A stretch of DNA of 64,000 bases from Candidatus Nomurabacteria bacterium (GCA_023898465.1 CP060223.1:416001-480000); one strand, 5' to 3'; counted from the first letter of the stretch, positions 18,725 to 30,543 are shown. A program made the numbers and translations. The notes: generated by a model not told the origin, from the sequence alone.

Positions 18725-20080
18725 ATGACCCCTAGGGTACGCCGCCTGTATTTCACTAGTGCAATAATTGCCTTTATTATCCTGGCACCATTATTCGTGT
18801 TTTATGCCAGTGGCTATAGAGTCAATTTTAGCAATTTTTCCATTTATCAGACTGGAATTCTGGTTATTTCATCCCAGCCCAAAGGAGCTGATGTTTTTCT
18901 CAATGATAAAAAACTCCGGGCTACTACCCCTATTCGCTTTAGTACTGTTGCCCCTGGTCAATACAAGCTACGGATAGAGAAAGCGGACTATCTACCTTGG
19001 TCATCGCAAATTCGAATAGCCGGAAAAGCGTCTACGGTTATTTCTGACTTACCACTTTTTTATGCCTCCCCCAAAGAAACACAACTTTGGTCAGGACCAT
19101 TTGAAGCTGGACGTCTTTCAGGGGACCATAAATCAATTGTCTTAAGCACACCGACTGAGGAAGGAAATAACCTTCATGTATTAAGCCTCAATGGTACTTC
19201 ACGGCAAAGTATTCAAAATATCGAGGCAGGAGAAATTAAAGACCTGCAGTGGAGCGCGCAAAAAAATTACATTCTCCTCAAAATGCTCCGGAACGAAAAA
19301 AATATCTGGCTGCTCGTAAACACCAATAGTGCGAGCACACGAGATATAACTGACTTGTTACAACAGGACGTACTGGAGACTTGGTGGAGCAAGCAAAGCG
19401 ACGATTTTCTTTTTTACAAAACCTCAAATGGTTTTTATCGACTTGACATCTTTACCGGAGAATCAGAGCTCATAACGACTGATGTGGTTAGCTCTTTCCT
19501 ACCTAATGCGAACGGCGGCTACTTTATTGCCTCGGATACATTCGGATTTCATATTTTTTCATATGATTCAACTCGAAGCGAGCCTGAACTAATACAAGAC
19601 CTGGATAATGATGCGTACACCTTGCTCGAACAAAAAAACCAATGGTTTGGACTACTTCATACCGGGCGTCTAAGCTTGAGCCTCATTCGCAATACACCTG
19701 GATCCCCCTTACTTACCCTACCGCTTTCTGTTTCCGTGAATGCAATTGCCTGGAACCCAAATAATGATGATGAAATATTAGTAGCAGATGGCTACGAGCT
19801 TAATTTAGTCAACGTGCAAAGCGGACAAGTACAATTACTTACGCGAACAAGTCAAAACTTTGAAGATTTTGGATGGTTGCCCAACACACACATGGCATAT
19901 ACTTCTAACAATGGAAGAATTGAAGTGTACACCACAAAACAAGAATATCCATCACAAAGCACGCTCATTCAGAGCGCGGAGGGAAAATATTTTATAGGCG
20001 CAAGTAATGATGGTAAATCTCTACTCTTCTCTGAATTGAGAAGTGGGCAAATGTTGCTTACGCGCTACGACATTCGTTAG
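18725..20080 (+). CDS. membrane-anchored PEGA-domain protein with C-terminal beta-propeller-like region
   Basis: One TM (IIAFIILAPLFVFYASG), then a PEGA domain (GADVFLNDKKLRATTPIRFSTVAPGQYKLRIEKADYLPWSSQIRI), then a Trp/Asn-rich repeat region. The start is taken at the internal ATG 18725. Confidence 0.55.
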   Translation: MTPRVRRLYFTSAIIAFIILAPLFVFYASGYRVNFSNFSIYQTGILVISSQPKGADVFLNDKKLRATTPIRFSTVAPGQYKLRIEKADYLPWSSQIRIAGKASTVISDLPLFYASPKETQLWSGPFEAGRLSGDHKSIVLSTPTEEGNNLHVLSLNGTSRQSIQNIEAGEIKDLQWSAQKNYILLKMLRNEKNIWLLVNTNSASTRDITDLLQQDVLETWWSKQSDDFLFYKTSNGFYRLDIFTGESELITTDVVSSFLPNANGGYFIASDTFGFHIFSYDSTRSEPELIQDLDNDAYTLLEQKNQWFGLLHTGRLSLSLIRNTPGSPLLTLPLSVSVNAIAWNPNNDDEILVADGYELNLVNVQSGQVQLLTRTSQNFEDFGWLPNTHMAYTSNNGRIEVYTTKQEYPSQSTLIQSAEGKYFIGASNDGKSLLFSELRSGQMLLTRYDIR

Positions 20081-20082
20081 GA

Positions 20083-20832
20083 CTAGGCTCCATTCCAGGA
20101 GTGCTGAGGATTTTTTTTGCAATGGTCAGCTACTAACTGTCCCGCCTGAAGTAAGCTGTCGAAGGATTCTCCGCCATCGCCCCACCAACCACGAAGGATT
20201 TGGTAGCTCATAGTCCCCTGCTGTATGTAATGATTATTTACATCGGTGATTTCTAGCTCACCGCGAGCTGACGGCTGCAGGGTTTTGACGACTTCAAACA
20301 CACTACTATCATACATATATACACCAATCACAGCCAAATTAGACTTTGGCTCACTTGGCTTTTCTACTATTTGTACGAGCTTTTCTCCTTGAATTTCAGC
20401 AATGCCAAATGATTGAGGGTTTTCTACTTCTTTGAGGAAAATCTTTCCGCCCTTTTCTTGTGCTTCAAAGTCTTTTACTGCTTCTTGGATAGGATCTTCC
20501 AAAATGTTATCTCCTAGGATGACGGCCACCTTATCACCATCAGCAAAGTGCTCAGCCAAACCTAAAGCCTGAGCAATTCCACCGGCTTTTTCTTGAACTT
20601 CATAGGAAAGCCGCACTCCAAGCTCATCACCCGAGCCAAGTAGCTCTAAGAAATGACCAGCGTGTCCGCGTCCCGAAACAATCAAAATATTTGTCACTCC
20701 AGCTTGCTTCAGCGTAAGTATTGGATAATAAATCATTGGCTTGTTATACACTGCCAATAAGTGCTTATTTGTTACTTTGGTGAGTGGCGCAAGTCGACTA
20801 CCAGTTCCACCAGCTAAAATAATACCTTTCAT
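20083..20832 (-). CDS. sugar-phosphate nucleotidyltransferase, short RmlA-like (glucose-1-phosphate thymidylyltransferase family)
   Basis: 249 aa. The N-terminal MKGIILAGGTGSRLAPLTKVTNKHLL is the G-x-G-x-R-L nucleotidyltransferase motif. It is co-oriented and contiguous with rmlD and rmlB. Confidence 0.7.
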   Translation of the reverse strand: MKGIILAGGTGSRLAPLTKVTNKHLLAVYNKPMIYYPILTLKQAGVTNILIVSGRGHAGHFLELLGSGDELGVRLSYEVQEKAGGIAQALGLAEHFADGDKVAVILGDNILEDPIQEAVKDFEAQEKGGKIFLKEVENPQSFGIAEIQGEKLVQIVEKPSEPKSNLAVIGVYMYDSSVFEVVKTLQPSARGELEITDVNNHYIQQGTMSYQILRGWWGDGGESFDSLLQAGQLVADHCKKNPQHSWNGA

Positions 20833-20836
20833 GAGA

Positions 20837-21661
20837 TTATCCTTTCGTGGTCAAATACTCTTGTAAGGCTGCTTCCCAATGCCGCAGAGCAGGGGCTTTG
20901 GTATTTTGCAGTATAGAAATTTTTGGACGTTTGGCTAAGCGAGGAAAATCATTTGTGGCTATTGCCTCAACCGGCACATCAAGTTTTTTATAGGCAAATA
21001 TTTTCTTTGCAAAATCAAACCAAGTAGTGCTTCCACTATTTACCAAATGATAAATCCCAAATGGCGCTTGTTCTCGAACTAAGCGATAAGCTGCATCAGC
21101 TAAATCTTTTGCATAAGTTGGACAACCATGCTGATCATTCACCACACGTAAAACCCTCTTTTCTCGTGCTGCAGTTAACATCATATCTACAAAATTCTTT
21201 CCATTTCTCCCATAGAGCCATGAGGTACGGATCAAATAAAATCGCGTTGTGGCTTCTTGTAATAAACTTTCACCTTGCAGCTTCGTTCTCCCATAAGCGT
21301 TTAATGGGTTGGGAGTTTCGGTCTCAGTATATCCTCCGTCTTTTTCTCCATCAAACACATAATCAGTCGAAAAATGCATCATGACTGCACCAATATCAGC
21401 ACAAGAAGTTGCTATATACCCTACCGCATCTCCATTCACTTTATTAGCAACATCTTCGTGATTTTCACACTCATCAACAGCGGTATAGGCAGCGGCATTT
21501 ACCACTAAATCGGGTTTTAGCTTTTTGAGTTTTTTCTTTACATCATCAGCATCACTAATATCCAGGTCTTCTTTATCCCATAAGGTGCAAGTTTCCGCGG
21601 CGAACGCTCGTTGCAGCTCAAAACCAAGCATACCTTTGGCGCCAAGTATTAAGACCTTCAT
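20837..21661 (-). CDS. rmlD: dTDP-4-dehydrorhamnose reductase
   Basis: 274 aa. MKVLILGAKGMLGFEL Rossmann start, then YxxxK region (YGRTKLQGE), and an RmlD-like C-terminus. Confidence 0.85.
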   Translation of the reverse strand: MKVLILGAKGMLGFELQRAFAAETCTLWDKEDLDISDADDVKKKLKKLKPDLVVNAAAYTAVDECENHEDVANKVNGDAVGYIATSCADIGAVMMHFSTDYVFDGEKDGGYTETETPNPLNAYGRTKLQGESLLQEATTRFYLIRTSWLYGRNGKNFVDMMLTAAREKRVLRVVNDQHGCPTYAKDLADAAYRLVREQAPFGIYHLVNSGSTTWFDFAKKIFAYKKLDVPVEAIATNDFPRLAKRPKISILQNTKAPALRHWEAALQEYLTTKG

Positions 21662-22677
21662 GCTGAGTCTCCTTTAGTATCTCCGTACTGCTTGGCGTAG
21701 TACTCTTGATATTCGCCTGATTTCAGTGGGCGCCACCAGGCTTCATTCTTTTTGTACCACTCTACTGTTTCTTGAATGCCGTCCTGAAAAGTATAGCTTG
21801 GCTTCCAGCCGAGATTTCTCAATTTTTCACTATTTAAGGCATAGCGCAGATCATGACCTGGACGATCTTTTACCCGCTCAATACTTTCCTCACCCTTTCC
21901 TAGCTGCTTCAATAACTCAGAGGTAAGTTCAAGATTTGTGATGCGCTCTCCGGAACCGATATTATATGATTGACCTAAGTCGCCTTTCCGTAATACTAAA
22001 TCTACCGCGCGAGAATGATCGCGTACAAAAAGCCATTCACGAACATTTTTCCCATCCCCATACAGCGGAACCTTTTTACCCTCAAGTAAATTGGTAATAA
22101 AAAGCGGAATCACTTTTTCGGGATAATGATGCCACCCATAATTATTTGTTGCGTGTGTGATAAGTACTGGCGTCTCGTAGGTATGCCAATACGCCATTAT
22201 AAGATGTTCGGCAGCGGCTTTTGAGGCTGAATACGGACTCGTAGGTCGGAAAGGATATTCTTCACTTGCTTCCCCCTCAGCCAGACTGCCAAAAACCTCA
22301 TCTGTTGATATATGCAAGAAACGGGAAACTTTTGATGCACGCATTGCTTCAAGTAGCACGTGTGTACCCATGACATCGGTGCGAAGGAAGGCCTCTGGAT
22401 CATGGATTGAACGATCCACATGTGTTTCTGCAGCATAATTTACTATCACGTCGGGCTGAAAGTCTTGTATTGCCTTCTTTACTGCAAGCGCATCACAAAT
22501 ATCAGCCTGTACAAAATGATAGCGTGAATTATCAGCTACACTCGCTAAATTAGCTAAATTGCCGGCGTATGTGAGTTTATCATAATTTAGCACCTCATCT
22601 TCTGGATGTTCTGACAGCACAAATCGGATAAAATCCGACCCCATAAAACCAGCCCCTCCGGTCACCAATATACGCAT
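21658..22677 (-). CDS. rmlB: dTDP-glucose 4,6-dehydratase
   Basis: 339 aa. MRILVTGGAGFMGSDF, an STDEV(F)G catalytic block and YSASKAA. It overlaps rmlD by 4 nt. Confidence 0.9.
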   Translation of the reverse strand: MRILVTGGAGFMGSDFIRFVLSEHPEDEVLNYDKLTYAGNLANLASVADNSRYHFVQADICDALAVKKAIQDFQPDVIVNYAAETHVDRSIHDPEAFLRTDVMGTHVLLEAMRASKVSRFLHISTDEVFGSLAEGEASEEYPFRPTSPYSASKAAAEHLIMAYWHTYETPVLITHATNNYGWHHYPEKVIPLFITNLLEGKKVPLYGDGKNVREWLFVRDHSRAVDLVLRKGDLGQSYNIGSGERITNLELTSELLKQLGKGEESIERVKDRPGHDLRYALNSEKLRNLGWKPSYTFQDGIQETVEWYKKNEAWWRPLKSGEYQEYYAKQYGDTKGDSA

Positions 22678-22801
22678 ATGTACTTAGATTAGCCTGATTT
22701 TAGGGTAATTGGCAAGACCTGTTTCGTTGACATTACTCAAGCGCTTTTGTAAGGTTTCAACCTCGAGGCCATGTGCACATACTTAGCCCAGGAGAACTGA
22801 A

Positions 22802-23092
22802 ATGCCTGATTGCAATCTCAACGTCCACGGCATCCGAGTACCTGACGAGCGCTGGCGGAAAATGAAAGCAGTTCATGATTCCTGCGAAACTGCAGGTGTC
22901 CAGCTGCCAGAAGAAGTCGAGATCTACTTCGATGGACATGAACCTGATCCGAGCGGAATACTCACTGACCTGGCTGACCCCATCGTCACCAAGTGGGAGC
23001 GCGAGGAAGACGACGATCAGGAAGGTATCGAGATCGACCTGACTCAGCTTCCAGAGGGCGTGACCAAGCTTCGCGTCACCATCAGCTACTAG
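22802..23092 (+). CDS. small acidic hypothetical protein (high-G+C island 1)
   Basis: 96 aa, very D/E-rich. An RBS caggaga lies 6 nt before the ATG. G+C and codon choice (GAC/GAG/CTG/GGC) are unlike the backbone. Confidence 0.4.
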   Translation: MPDCNLNVHGIRVPDERWRKMKAVHDSCETAGVQLPEEVEIYFDGHEPDPSGILTDLADPIVTKWEREEDDDQEGIEIDLTQLPEGVTKLRVTISY

Positions 23093-23122
23093 CACCCGCC
23101 CTCGACACAGAGTCATAGCTCA

Positions 23123-23485
23123 TCAAGCTATGGCTCTTTTTCTTGCTCCTAAAAAGATAAAGACTACTCCAATAGCCAGCGGTACTAGCATGTGCACGGG
23201 AATCTCACCTTCAGCAATGATGCCAATAATGAGACCCACAAACACTGCACCGGCGCTGAGATATCCGCCAAGTCGTTCATATTTCCAACCCAGGGCAAGA
23301 CCAATAAACATTATGGGAAAAACGCTAAGCCACGTGTTATCCCAAAGCGTATAACTCGAGTCAATAAAGGGTAAGGGATTTCCATAGCCAAAGTAGAATG
23401 GAAGTCCAAATGAAATGACTAAAAGGCTGAGAATGCGCATAGTCCAGCGCAGAGCTCTATACTGAGAAGAAGAAAAATGTCTCAT
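23123..23485 (-). CDS. 4-TM small membrane protein, unknown
   Basis: Backbone-like G+C. The start is taken at the Met of MRHFSS, because a -10-like TATACT (within palindrome AGTATACT 23492-23499) lies 6 nt upstream, so the transcript may be leaderless. Confidence 0.4.
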   Translation of the reverse strand: MRHFSSSQYRALRWTMRILSLLVISFGLPFYFGYGNPLPFIDSSYTLWDNTWLSVFPIMFIGLALGWKYERLGGYLSAGAVFVGLIIGIIAEGEIPVHMLVPLAIGVVFIFLGARKRAIA

Positions 23486-23603
23486 GTCTGTAGTATACTC
23501 CCGCCTTCCTTGTTTAAACAAACAAGGCTTGCTTGATTTGCAATATGTTGCTAAGGTCTTTTGTCTAGCTCATTTGCACATTCACTGAACAAGGAGCACA
23601 AAG

Positions 23604-23972
23604 GTGAAGTCCAGGCAAAAAACGGGTCCGATTTCAAGATATCTTGCTTGGTGCACTTCACGAGAGGCCACTGAGCAAGAACGCCGAGACAGGCTAAAGC
23701 AGCGTCTTTCAGGGGCAATCCCACGCGGTACCTGCCAGTGGCTGCGCGAAGAATGCGACATACCGATCGATGGACTCTTCAAGAAAGAAAGCATCACGGT
23801 CCTAATTACTAGAAGAGGTCCTGGAGCAAAAGCTCTTGGTCTCTCGCCTGAACTCAAAGGGACTGATGAGCAACTCAGAGCTCTCCAGGCTGCTTGGCGA
23901 GGCGCAATCACAGTTACCTGGCAATGGACTGAGGATCGAAGCACTCTGCGTATTAGCTTCAAGCGGGCTTAA
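23604..23972 (+). CDS. small basic hypothetical protein (high-G+C island 1)
   Basis: 122 aa with a GTG start. An RBS AAGGAG lies 7 nt upstream. Arg-rich, no motif recognised. It is followed by the hairpin/T-tract at 24003-24038. Confidence 0.35.
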   Translation: MKSRQKTGPISRYLAWCTSREATEQERRDRLKQRLSGAIPRGTCQWLREECDIPIDGLFKKESITVLITRRGPGAKALGLSPELKGTDEQLRALQAAWRGAITVTWQWTEDRSTLRISFKRA

Positions 23973-24002
23973 TCCTCAATACTCACCACAACAAAGACCT
24001 GT

Positions 24003-24038
24003 TCGACGTTTGTTCGCAGGTCTTTCCTTATTGACAAA
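24003..24038 (+). terminator. putative rho-independent terminator
   Basis: Perfect 8-bp stem aagacctg/caggtctt with a 15-nt loop, followed by TTTCCTT. Confidence 0.35.
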
Positions 24039-24039
24039 A

Positions 24040-24068
24040 ATGAGGTTTTGGACTATATTACCTCGTTC
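24040..24068 (+). promoter_or_regulatory. near-consensus sigma70 promoter: -35 TTGACA (24040-24045), 17-nt spacer, -10 TATATT (24063-24068)
   Basis: It is followed by AGGAGG (24101-24106) and a GTG/ATG start of the first gene of the paralogous pair. Confidence 0.45.
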
Positions 24069-24114
24069 TTTACATCCGTCTAGTACCGTGCAGGAGGGCG
24101 AACAAGTGCCAGTA

Positions 24115-24447
24115 AAAAAGATGGTGAAGATTATGAACCACGTTGAAATCCTGAAAAACACTCCGCTCCTTCGGGAGTTCCGCTTGGCAACTGCTGAGGA
24201 TATCGCGCCAGGAGCAGAGCTGTTCGAGGCTGAGGTGGGCTTTGATCTCAGAATTGAACAACCACGTCGGATCCGTCTGGCCGACGAACCGATACAAGAA
24301 GCTTACGGAGAAGATCATGTGGTCTACTCCCAGGCCAATGGCCTGAAGGACCTTACGGTCACCGTACAACGCTTCCTGTCCACCGAAGCAGAACCTGAGA
24401 CCCTCTTCCCACACCGCTACACAATCCTCTACCTCGTCAAGATCTAG
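24115..24447 (+). CDS. hypothetical protein, paralog 1 of a tandem pair (island 1)
   Basis: About 110 aa. Start is GTG 24115 (RBS AGGAGG 8 nt upstream) or ATG 24130. It shares ILxxxPxLxxxRLxTxxDxxPGAxL at the N-terminus and EAExxxxxxTxLYLxK at the C-terminus with the next ORF. The long 5' extension in the ORF track lies upstream of the promoter and is rejected. Confidence 0.5.
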   Translation, partial: KKMVKIMNHVEILKNTPLLREFRLATAEDIAPGAELFEAEVGFDLRIEQPRRIRLADEPIQEAYGEDHVVYSQANGLKDLTVTVQRFLSTEAEPETLFPHRYTILYLVKI

Positions 24448-24477
24448 CGCTCACAGGGCTTCCACCAAGGAGGATTC

Positions 24478-24801
24478 ATGTCCACGATGATCAACCGTCA
24501 AGATATCCTGAACCGGGCACCGGATCTTCCGGGTCGCCGCTTGGTCACCCGAGACGAAGTGATCCCGGGCGCGAAGCTCGATATGGTTCATGTTGACCTG
24601 GACGGCAAGGCTCAGTGGCTTCAGCCGATCCAGATCGACGAAGAAGCCACCGGTGAGCGGGTAGGCACGACCTACGTGTTCTACCACTGCGACGGTCATC
24701 CCAGTCAGTGCTTCGTCCCCTTCGATGATTTCGTTGGTGTCGAGGTGGAAGCAGAGAGCTGCGGACCCTTCCTCACCACCCTCTACCTCGCGAAAAACTG
24801 A
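24478..24801 (+). CDS. hypothetical protein, paralog 2 of a tandem pair (island 1)
   Basis: 107 aa with a perfect AGGAGG 5 nt before the ATG. Conserved blocks are shared with the upstream ORF (MINRQDILNRAPDLPGRRLVTRDEVIPGAKL / ...TTLYLAKN). Confidence 0.55.
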   Translation: MSTMINRQDILNRAPDLPGRRLVTRDEVIPGAKLDMVHVDLDGKAQWLQPIQIDEEATGERVGTTYVFYHCDGHPSQCFVPFDDFVGVEVEAESCGPFLTTLYLAKN

Positions 24802-24860
24802 CCCCCCTCAAAGCCGCCAATATCACTTCATGTGTGAGGCGGCTTTTTCATTAAACAAAC

Positions 24861-24892
24861 GACAGGGCACAGAGGCCCTGTCTATCTGTTTT
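24861..24892. terminator. bidirectional rho-independent terminator between convergent paralog-2 and ahcY
   Basis: Perfect 8-bp stem gacagggc/gccctgtc with loop acagag, then TATCTGTTTT on the + strand and GTTTGTTT on the - strand. A second, weaker hairpin (aagccgcc/ggcggctt + TTTTT) lies at 24812-24848. Confidence 0.5.
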
Positions 24893-24959
24893 ACAAAGTT
24901 ATGCAAATTTAGATTACTGCTTCCGGTCGTAGTGCAGCTTCATTGCTACTCATAACTTC

Positions 24960-27175
<2,216 letters not shown>

Positions 27176-27624
27176 ATGCTATTTTTGGATCGTCATACTT
27201 TAGACGTTTTTCATCCGGGTTCGCTGGATTATACGAAGAAGTAGTGTGATAAAACAAAATGACCGGGTCTTGGCTCATCACTTTATATCCATGCGCGACA
27301 CCAATTGGAATAACAATCACCTTATAATCATCCTTGCCTGCAAAAAGGACTTGAGTCTCCCCCTTTGTTGGAGAATCTTCACGTAGGTCATGAAGCACGA
27401 CCATTGCTTTTCCGGTCGCCACAAACCACAAATCATCTTGATGCTCGTGATAGTGAAAAGCTTTAATAGTACCTTCATACGCGACGGTCATGGTGCTTTG
27501 CCCGAAGCGCTGAAGCAACATGTCATCATCACGTAACACTTCCATTAAAAAACCAGGCTTACCCACATCTTCATCCCGGTCAGGTATGTCTTGATGCACC
27601 GTCAATTTTTTTATTTTTACACCT

Positions 27625-28017
27625 TCAATCATCGTGAGAAATGCTGCGAATATCAGCACTCAGTATACTCCAGGCGAGGATACCGGTCAACGCAGCGACA
27701 ATCCATCCACCCAAGCCAAAATCCTTAAGTAATAACCCAGTAAGAATAAGCGTAACAACACTTCCTAGTAATGGAAACACGATGCGGAGTAAGGTCACTG
27801 AATTTTCTTCTGACTGCTCAAATATATGTGCGTCCTGCGCAATGGTCAGTACGCCAATGAGAATCACTGTCCCAACGAGATAAGGGTAGGAAATAAAATT
27901 CTGAGGGAAATGACTGACAAAGGGATCAATCAATAATAAAATAAAAGTAAAGCAAAGCAGAGCAGCAAAAATATCACGGGCGAGGATATTAAATTTTGGT
28001 TCAGGTGAATGATCCAT
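27625..28017 (-). CDS. small polytopic membrane protein, unknown
   Basis: 130 aa with 4 TM helices, in an operon with the cupin gene. Confidence 0.4.
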   Translation of the reverse strand: MDHSPEPKFNILARDIFAALLCFTFILLLIDPFVSHFPQNFISYPYLVGTVILIGVLTIAQDAHIFEQSEENSVTLLRIVFPLLGSVVTLILTGLLLKDFGLGGWIVAALTGILAWSILSADIRSISHDD

Positions 28018-28021
28018 GATA

Positions 28022-28900
28022 CTAGTTTAAAACACGTGACCAAAGGGGCGTCTTGGTAAATTGTGTCTGTAACCAATCAAGATTTACCCTACCTGCATCA
28101 GACTGCATAGATGGTGCACGTAGAGAAAAATAAAATCGATTATCGTTTACAAACAAGCTTGGTAGATGGAAAGTCAACTCAGCAACCGACCATTGACCAT
28201 CTGGGATTGGTGGACGATAAGTGCTAAGTATTTCATCATAAGATAAAAGTTCATCGACTGTACTTGGCTCTACCTCTATTCCACTCATCTCAGGAAGTAT
28301 TACTTCGGCTGATAGATCATTCCTTACCTGGCTTAAACCGGGCGCATACCAAGCTAATGCAAGGTTCGGATGATCATCACTTGCAAAAAATTCATCGATT
28401 GTGTTAAAACGTTTTTCTTTTTGCCAAAGTCGTACACTGCCATTGTCTAATACATGCCAGGTAAGATTATCAAGTGCATCACTTTTAATAGGGATATTTA
28501 CTGGCGGGATATCTAGCCTTGTTTGCGGATTAAGAAAAACAATAGGTCGATCTTGATTTTGAAATCGGAGGCGCATCTGAATATCTACAAACGCAACACT
28601 CGGACGTACCGTAAAGCGCAATTCCTGGTCAATAAAATACTGTGGCTTATTGGAGGAGCTGGACTCAGTTAATTGCAGTCGAGTTGGATCATCCACTTTA
28701 ACTATTGACGAGGAATCATGAAAATCTGTCCGGAGTGTTACTACGCCAAAAGCGCCGGTGTACTGTCCGGCTAACCAAATAAGCACTGCGAAAGGTGACA
28801 GCCAAATAAAAATCCGCAAAACAAGGATTGTCTTATTTTTTTTCTCAGCAGGTATTTCTTCCATGTGTTTATCTTTCCAGGGTATAGAGACTGAGTCCAC
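28022..28900 (-). CDS. membrane-anchored hypothetical protein with large extracytoplasmic domain
   Basis: 292 aa with an N-terminal signal anchor (ILVLRIFIWLSPFAVLIWLAGQY). No motif recognised. Confidence 0.45.
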   Translation of the reverse strand: MDSVSIPWKDKHMEEIPAEKKNKTILVLRIFIWLSPFAVLIWLAGQYTGAFGVVTLRTDFHDSSSIVKVDDPTRLQLTESSSSNKPQYFIDQELRFTVRPSVAFVDIQMRLRFQNQDRPIVFLNPQTRLDIPPVNIPIKSDALDNLTWHVLDNGSVRLWQKEKRFNTIDEFFASDDHPNLALAWYAPGLSQVRNDLSAEVILPEMSGIEVEPSTVDELLSYDEILSTYRPPIPDGQWSVAELTFHLPSLFVNDNRFYFSLRAPSMQSDAGRVNLDWLQTQFTKTPLWSRVLN

Positions 28901-30476
28901 CCTCCAAGGGACTAACTAAACGCCAGCTGCGTCCAGTCTGCTGCGCATAGGCTTGTAATTGCGCTGCTTCCACCTCGCCCCAAACTATAGCATAGACAGG
29001 TACTTTTTCGACAAGCGCATTTGCCGCACGTTGATGTTCTGCTTGTAATACATTGTATCCAATCACTTTTCGTAATGGCCAAAATACCTTGTCTTGATCT
29101 CGAGCTAGCAATACTCCATTTGAGGGAACTTTTTCCAGCACTGTCTCTTTATTATAGCTTGCAATATTTTCTTGCACCTCGCGATCAAGTGCCAGCCCAT
29201 AGAGAGGATCAGCATAAATTCGTGTCAGGGAAAACAGCATGAGTATGAACAAAAGGAAGAGCGAAATTTTCTTACCAAAACGTATTCTGTGTAAAAGAAA
29301 ATGCAAAGCGACTACCATAAAAGGCACAAGGAGTAGGAGTCCCGGCATAAGGTAACGCAAATATGATGATCCAAAGAGCAATACTGACGGGTCAAGAAAT
29401 TCGCTAAAGGTGAAACTCCCGTAAAGCAACACTAAATAGAGCAAGGAAAAAAGTGTTACCCAAGCAAAGGCAAATGCTTCACGGTTTTGTTTTGCACCAC
29501 GGAAGATGACGAGGAGTAAGCCAATAAGTCCAAGAATAGTCCATACGCCTAAAAAAGATGAGAGGTAATGGACAACAACTTGAGCAATCTGTCTGATTTG
29601 AATACCAAAAGGAAAAAAGAGGTGACCAAGACTTACCCAAAGTGCGGTCAGACTATTTAAGTGAACTCCGTTATTTGTTGCACTATCAGTAATCGTATAA
29701 CCAGTGCTGAGAAAATTGCCAAAGGTGAGCTGCTGGTAATACGCAATCGGAATAAAACACAACACGAAAATTACTGCGATAAGGAAAAGGTGACTCCATG
29801 GAACTTTTTGACGAACTACTATCCAATAGAGAGCAAAAGCTGGTAGCACCCAGACCAATTCCGAGGTTCTTATGACTAGCGTCATACCTAGCATTACCGC
29901 AAAACCAATTGCGTCAACAATCCTCTTCTTTCCTAACCACCTCACAAAGAAAAACCAGGCAATAAATAGGAAGTCAACAAAAATAGTGTTATGCCAAAGC
30001 GGTCGGTGATTATAAAACCAGAAAATCGGATGGATAAGCCACAAGACAGAACTCAACCACCCGACCTGACTATTCCAGATTCGACGAAAAAGCGCAAAAA
30101 CAAAAAAACTTGTGAATATACTTATCGCTGCTGTAAAAAATGGCAACGCTGCTTCACCAAAAATACGAATACCTAGCCCATAGAACAAAGGCAATCCTAG
30201 CCATGAAGCCGGAACAATACTATCCCCGATTGCGCGCATGCTACGTGGATGCAGTAATCCGCCTGCTAAAGACTCAAGCGACTCCTCTATGACAAATGAA
30301 CCTGTGCGAGCATAGTGTCGAGCAAAAAATGCATTAGCCGTCTCATCAGGAGATCCGTATGTTTGCGTGCCGTGTAAACCAAAAGTATAGAGAAAAAACA
30401 TAACAAGCCCAAGAGCTGCTAAAGCCCAAAACGGTCGAGCTGCTTTGTCCTGTAGTACTGAAGTAAATGTCGACAT
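28869..30476 (-). CDS. polytopic membrane protein, GT-C glycosyltransferase-like
   Basis: 535 aa with 12 or more TM helices. The first loop has SPDETANAFFARHYARTGSF, a DE-type motif like PMT/ArnT families. A -10 TATACT lies 9 nt upstream of the ATG. Confidence 0.5.
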   Translation of the reverse strand: MSTFTSVLQDKAARPFWALAALGLVMFFLYTFGLHGTQTYGSPDETANAFFARHYARTGSFVIEESLESLAGGLLHPRSMRAIGDSIVPASWLGLPLFYGLGIRIFGEAALPFFTAAISIFTSFFVFALFRRIWNSQVGWLSSVLWLIHPIFWFYNHRPLWHNTIFVDFLFIAWFFFVRWLGKKRIVDAIGFAVMLGMTLVIRTSELVWVLPAFALYWIVVRQKVPWSHLFLIAVIFVLCFIPIAYYQQLTFGNFLSTGYTITDSATNNGVHLNSLTALWVSLGHLFFPFGIQIRQIAQVVVHYLSSFLGVWTILGLIGLLLVIFRGAKQNREAFAFAWVTLFSLLYLVLLYGSFTFSEFLDPSVLLFGSSYLRYLMPGLLLLVPFMVVALHFLLHRIRFGKKISLFLLFILMLFSLTRIYADPLYGLALDREVQENIASYNKETVLEKVPSNGVLLARDQDKVFWPLRKVIGYNVLQAEHQRAANALVEKVPVYAIVWGEVEAAQLQAYAQQTGRSWRLVSPLEGGLSLYTLER

Positions 30477-30507
30477 AGCTATTTTAGTATACTGGAGGAC
30501 CTATGGC

Positions 30508-30537
30508 TTTACAATTTAGGGCGAAGGTCCATACAAT
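30508..30537 (+). promoter_or_regulatory. putative sigma70 promoter (-35 TTTACA 30508-30513; -10 TACAAT 30532-30537, 18-nt spacer) for the 30544 gene
   Basis: Hexamers read from the sequence. A divergent promoter (-35 TTGTAA, 17 nt, -10 TATACT at 30486-30491 on the minus strand) overlaps it and points to the 28869..30476 gene. Confidence 0.3.
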
Positions 30538-30543
30538 GCAAGT

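Noticed and set aside
22757-23116. 119-aa ORF on the minus strand
   Set aside because: It is antisense to the better-supported 22802..23092 gene (RBS plus clean start). High G+C inflates spurious ORF length.
23582-23962. 126-aa minus-strand ORF (Ser/Arg-rich)
   Set aside because: It is antisense to the 23604..23972 gene, which has an AAGGAG RBS. The composition looks like a translated non-coding frame.
23836-24114. 5' extension of the 203-aa ORF 23836..24447
   Set aside because: The extension spans a terminator hairpin (24003-24038) and a consensus promoter (24040-24068). The real gene most likely starts at GTG 24115 or ATG 24130, downstream of AGGAGG.
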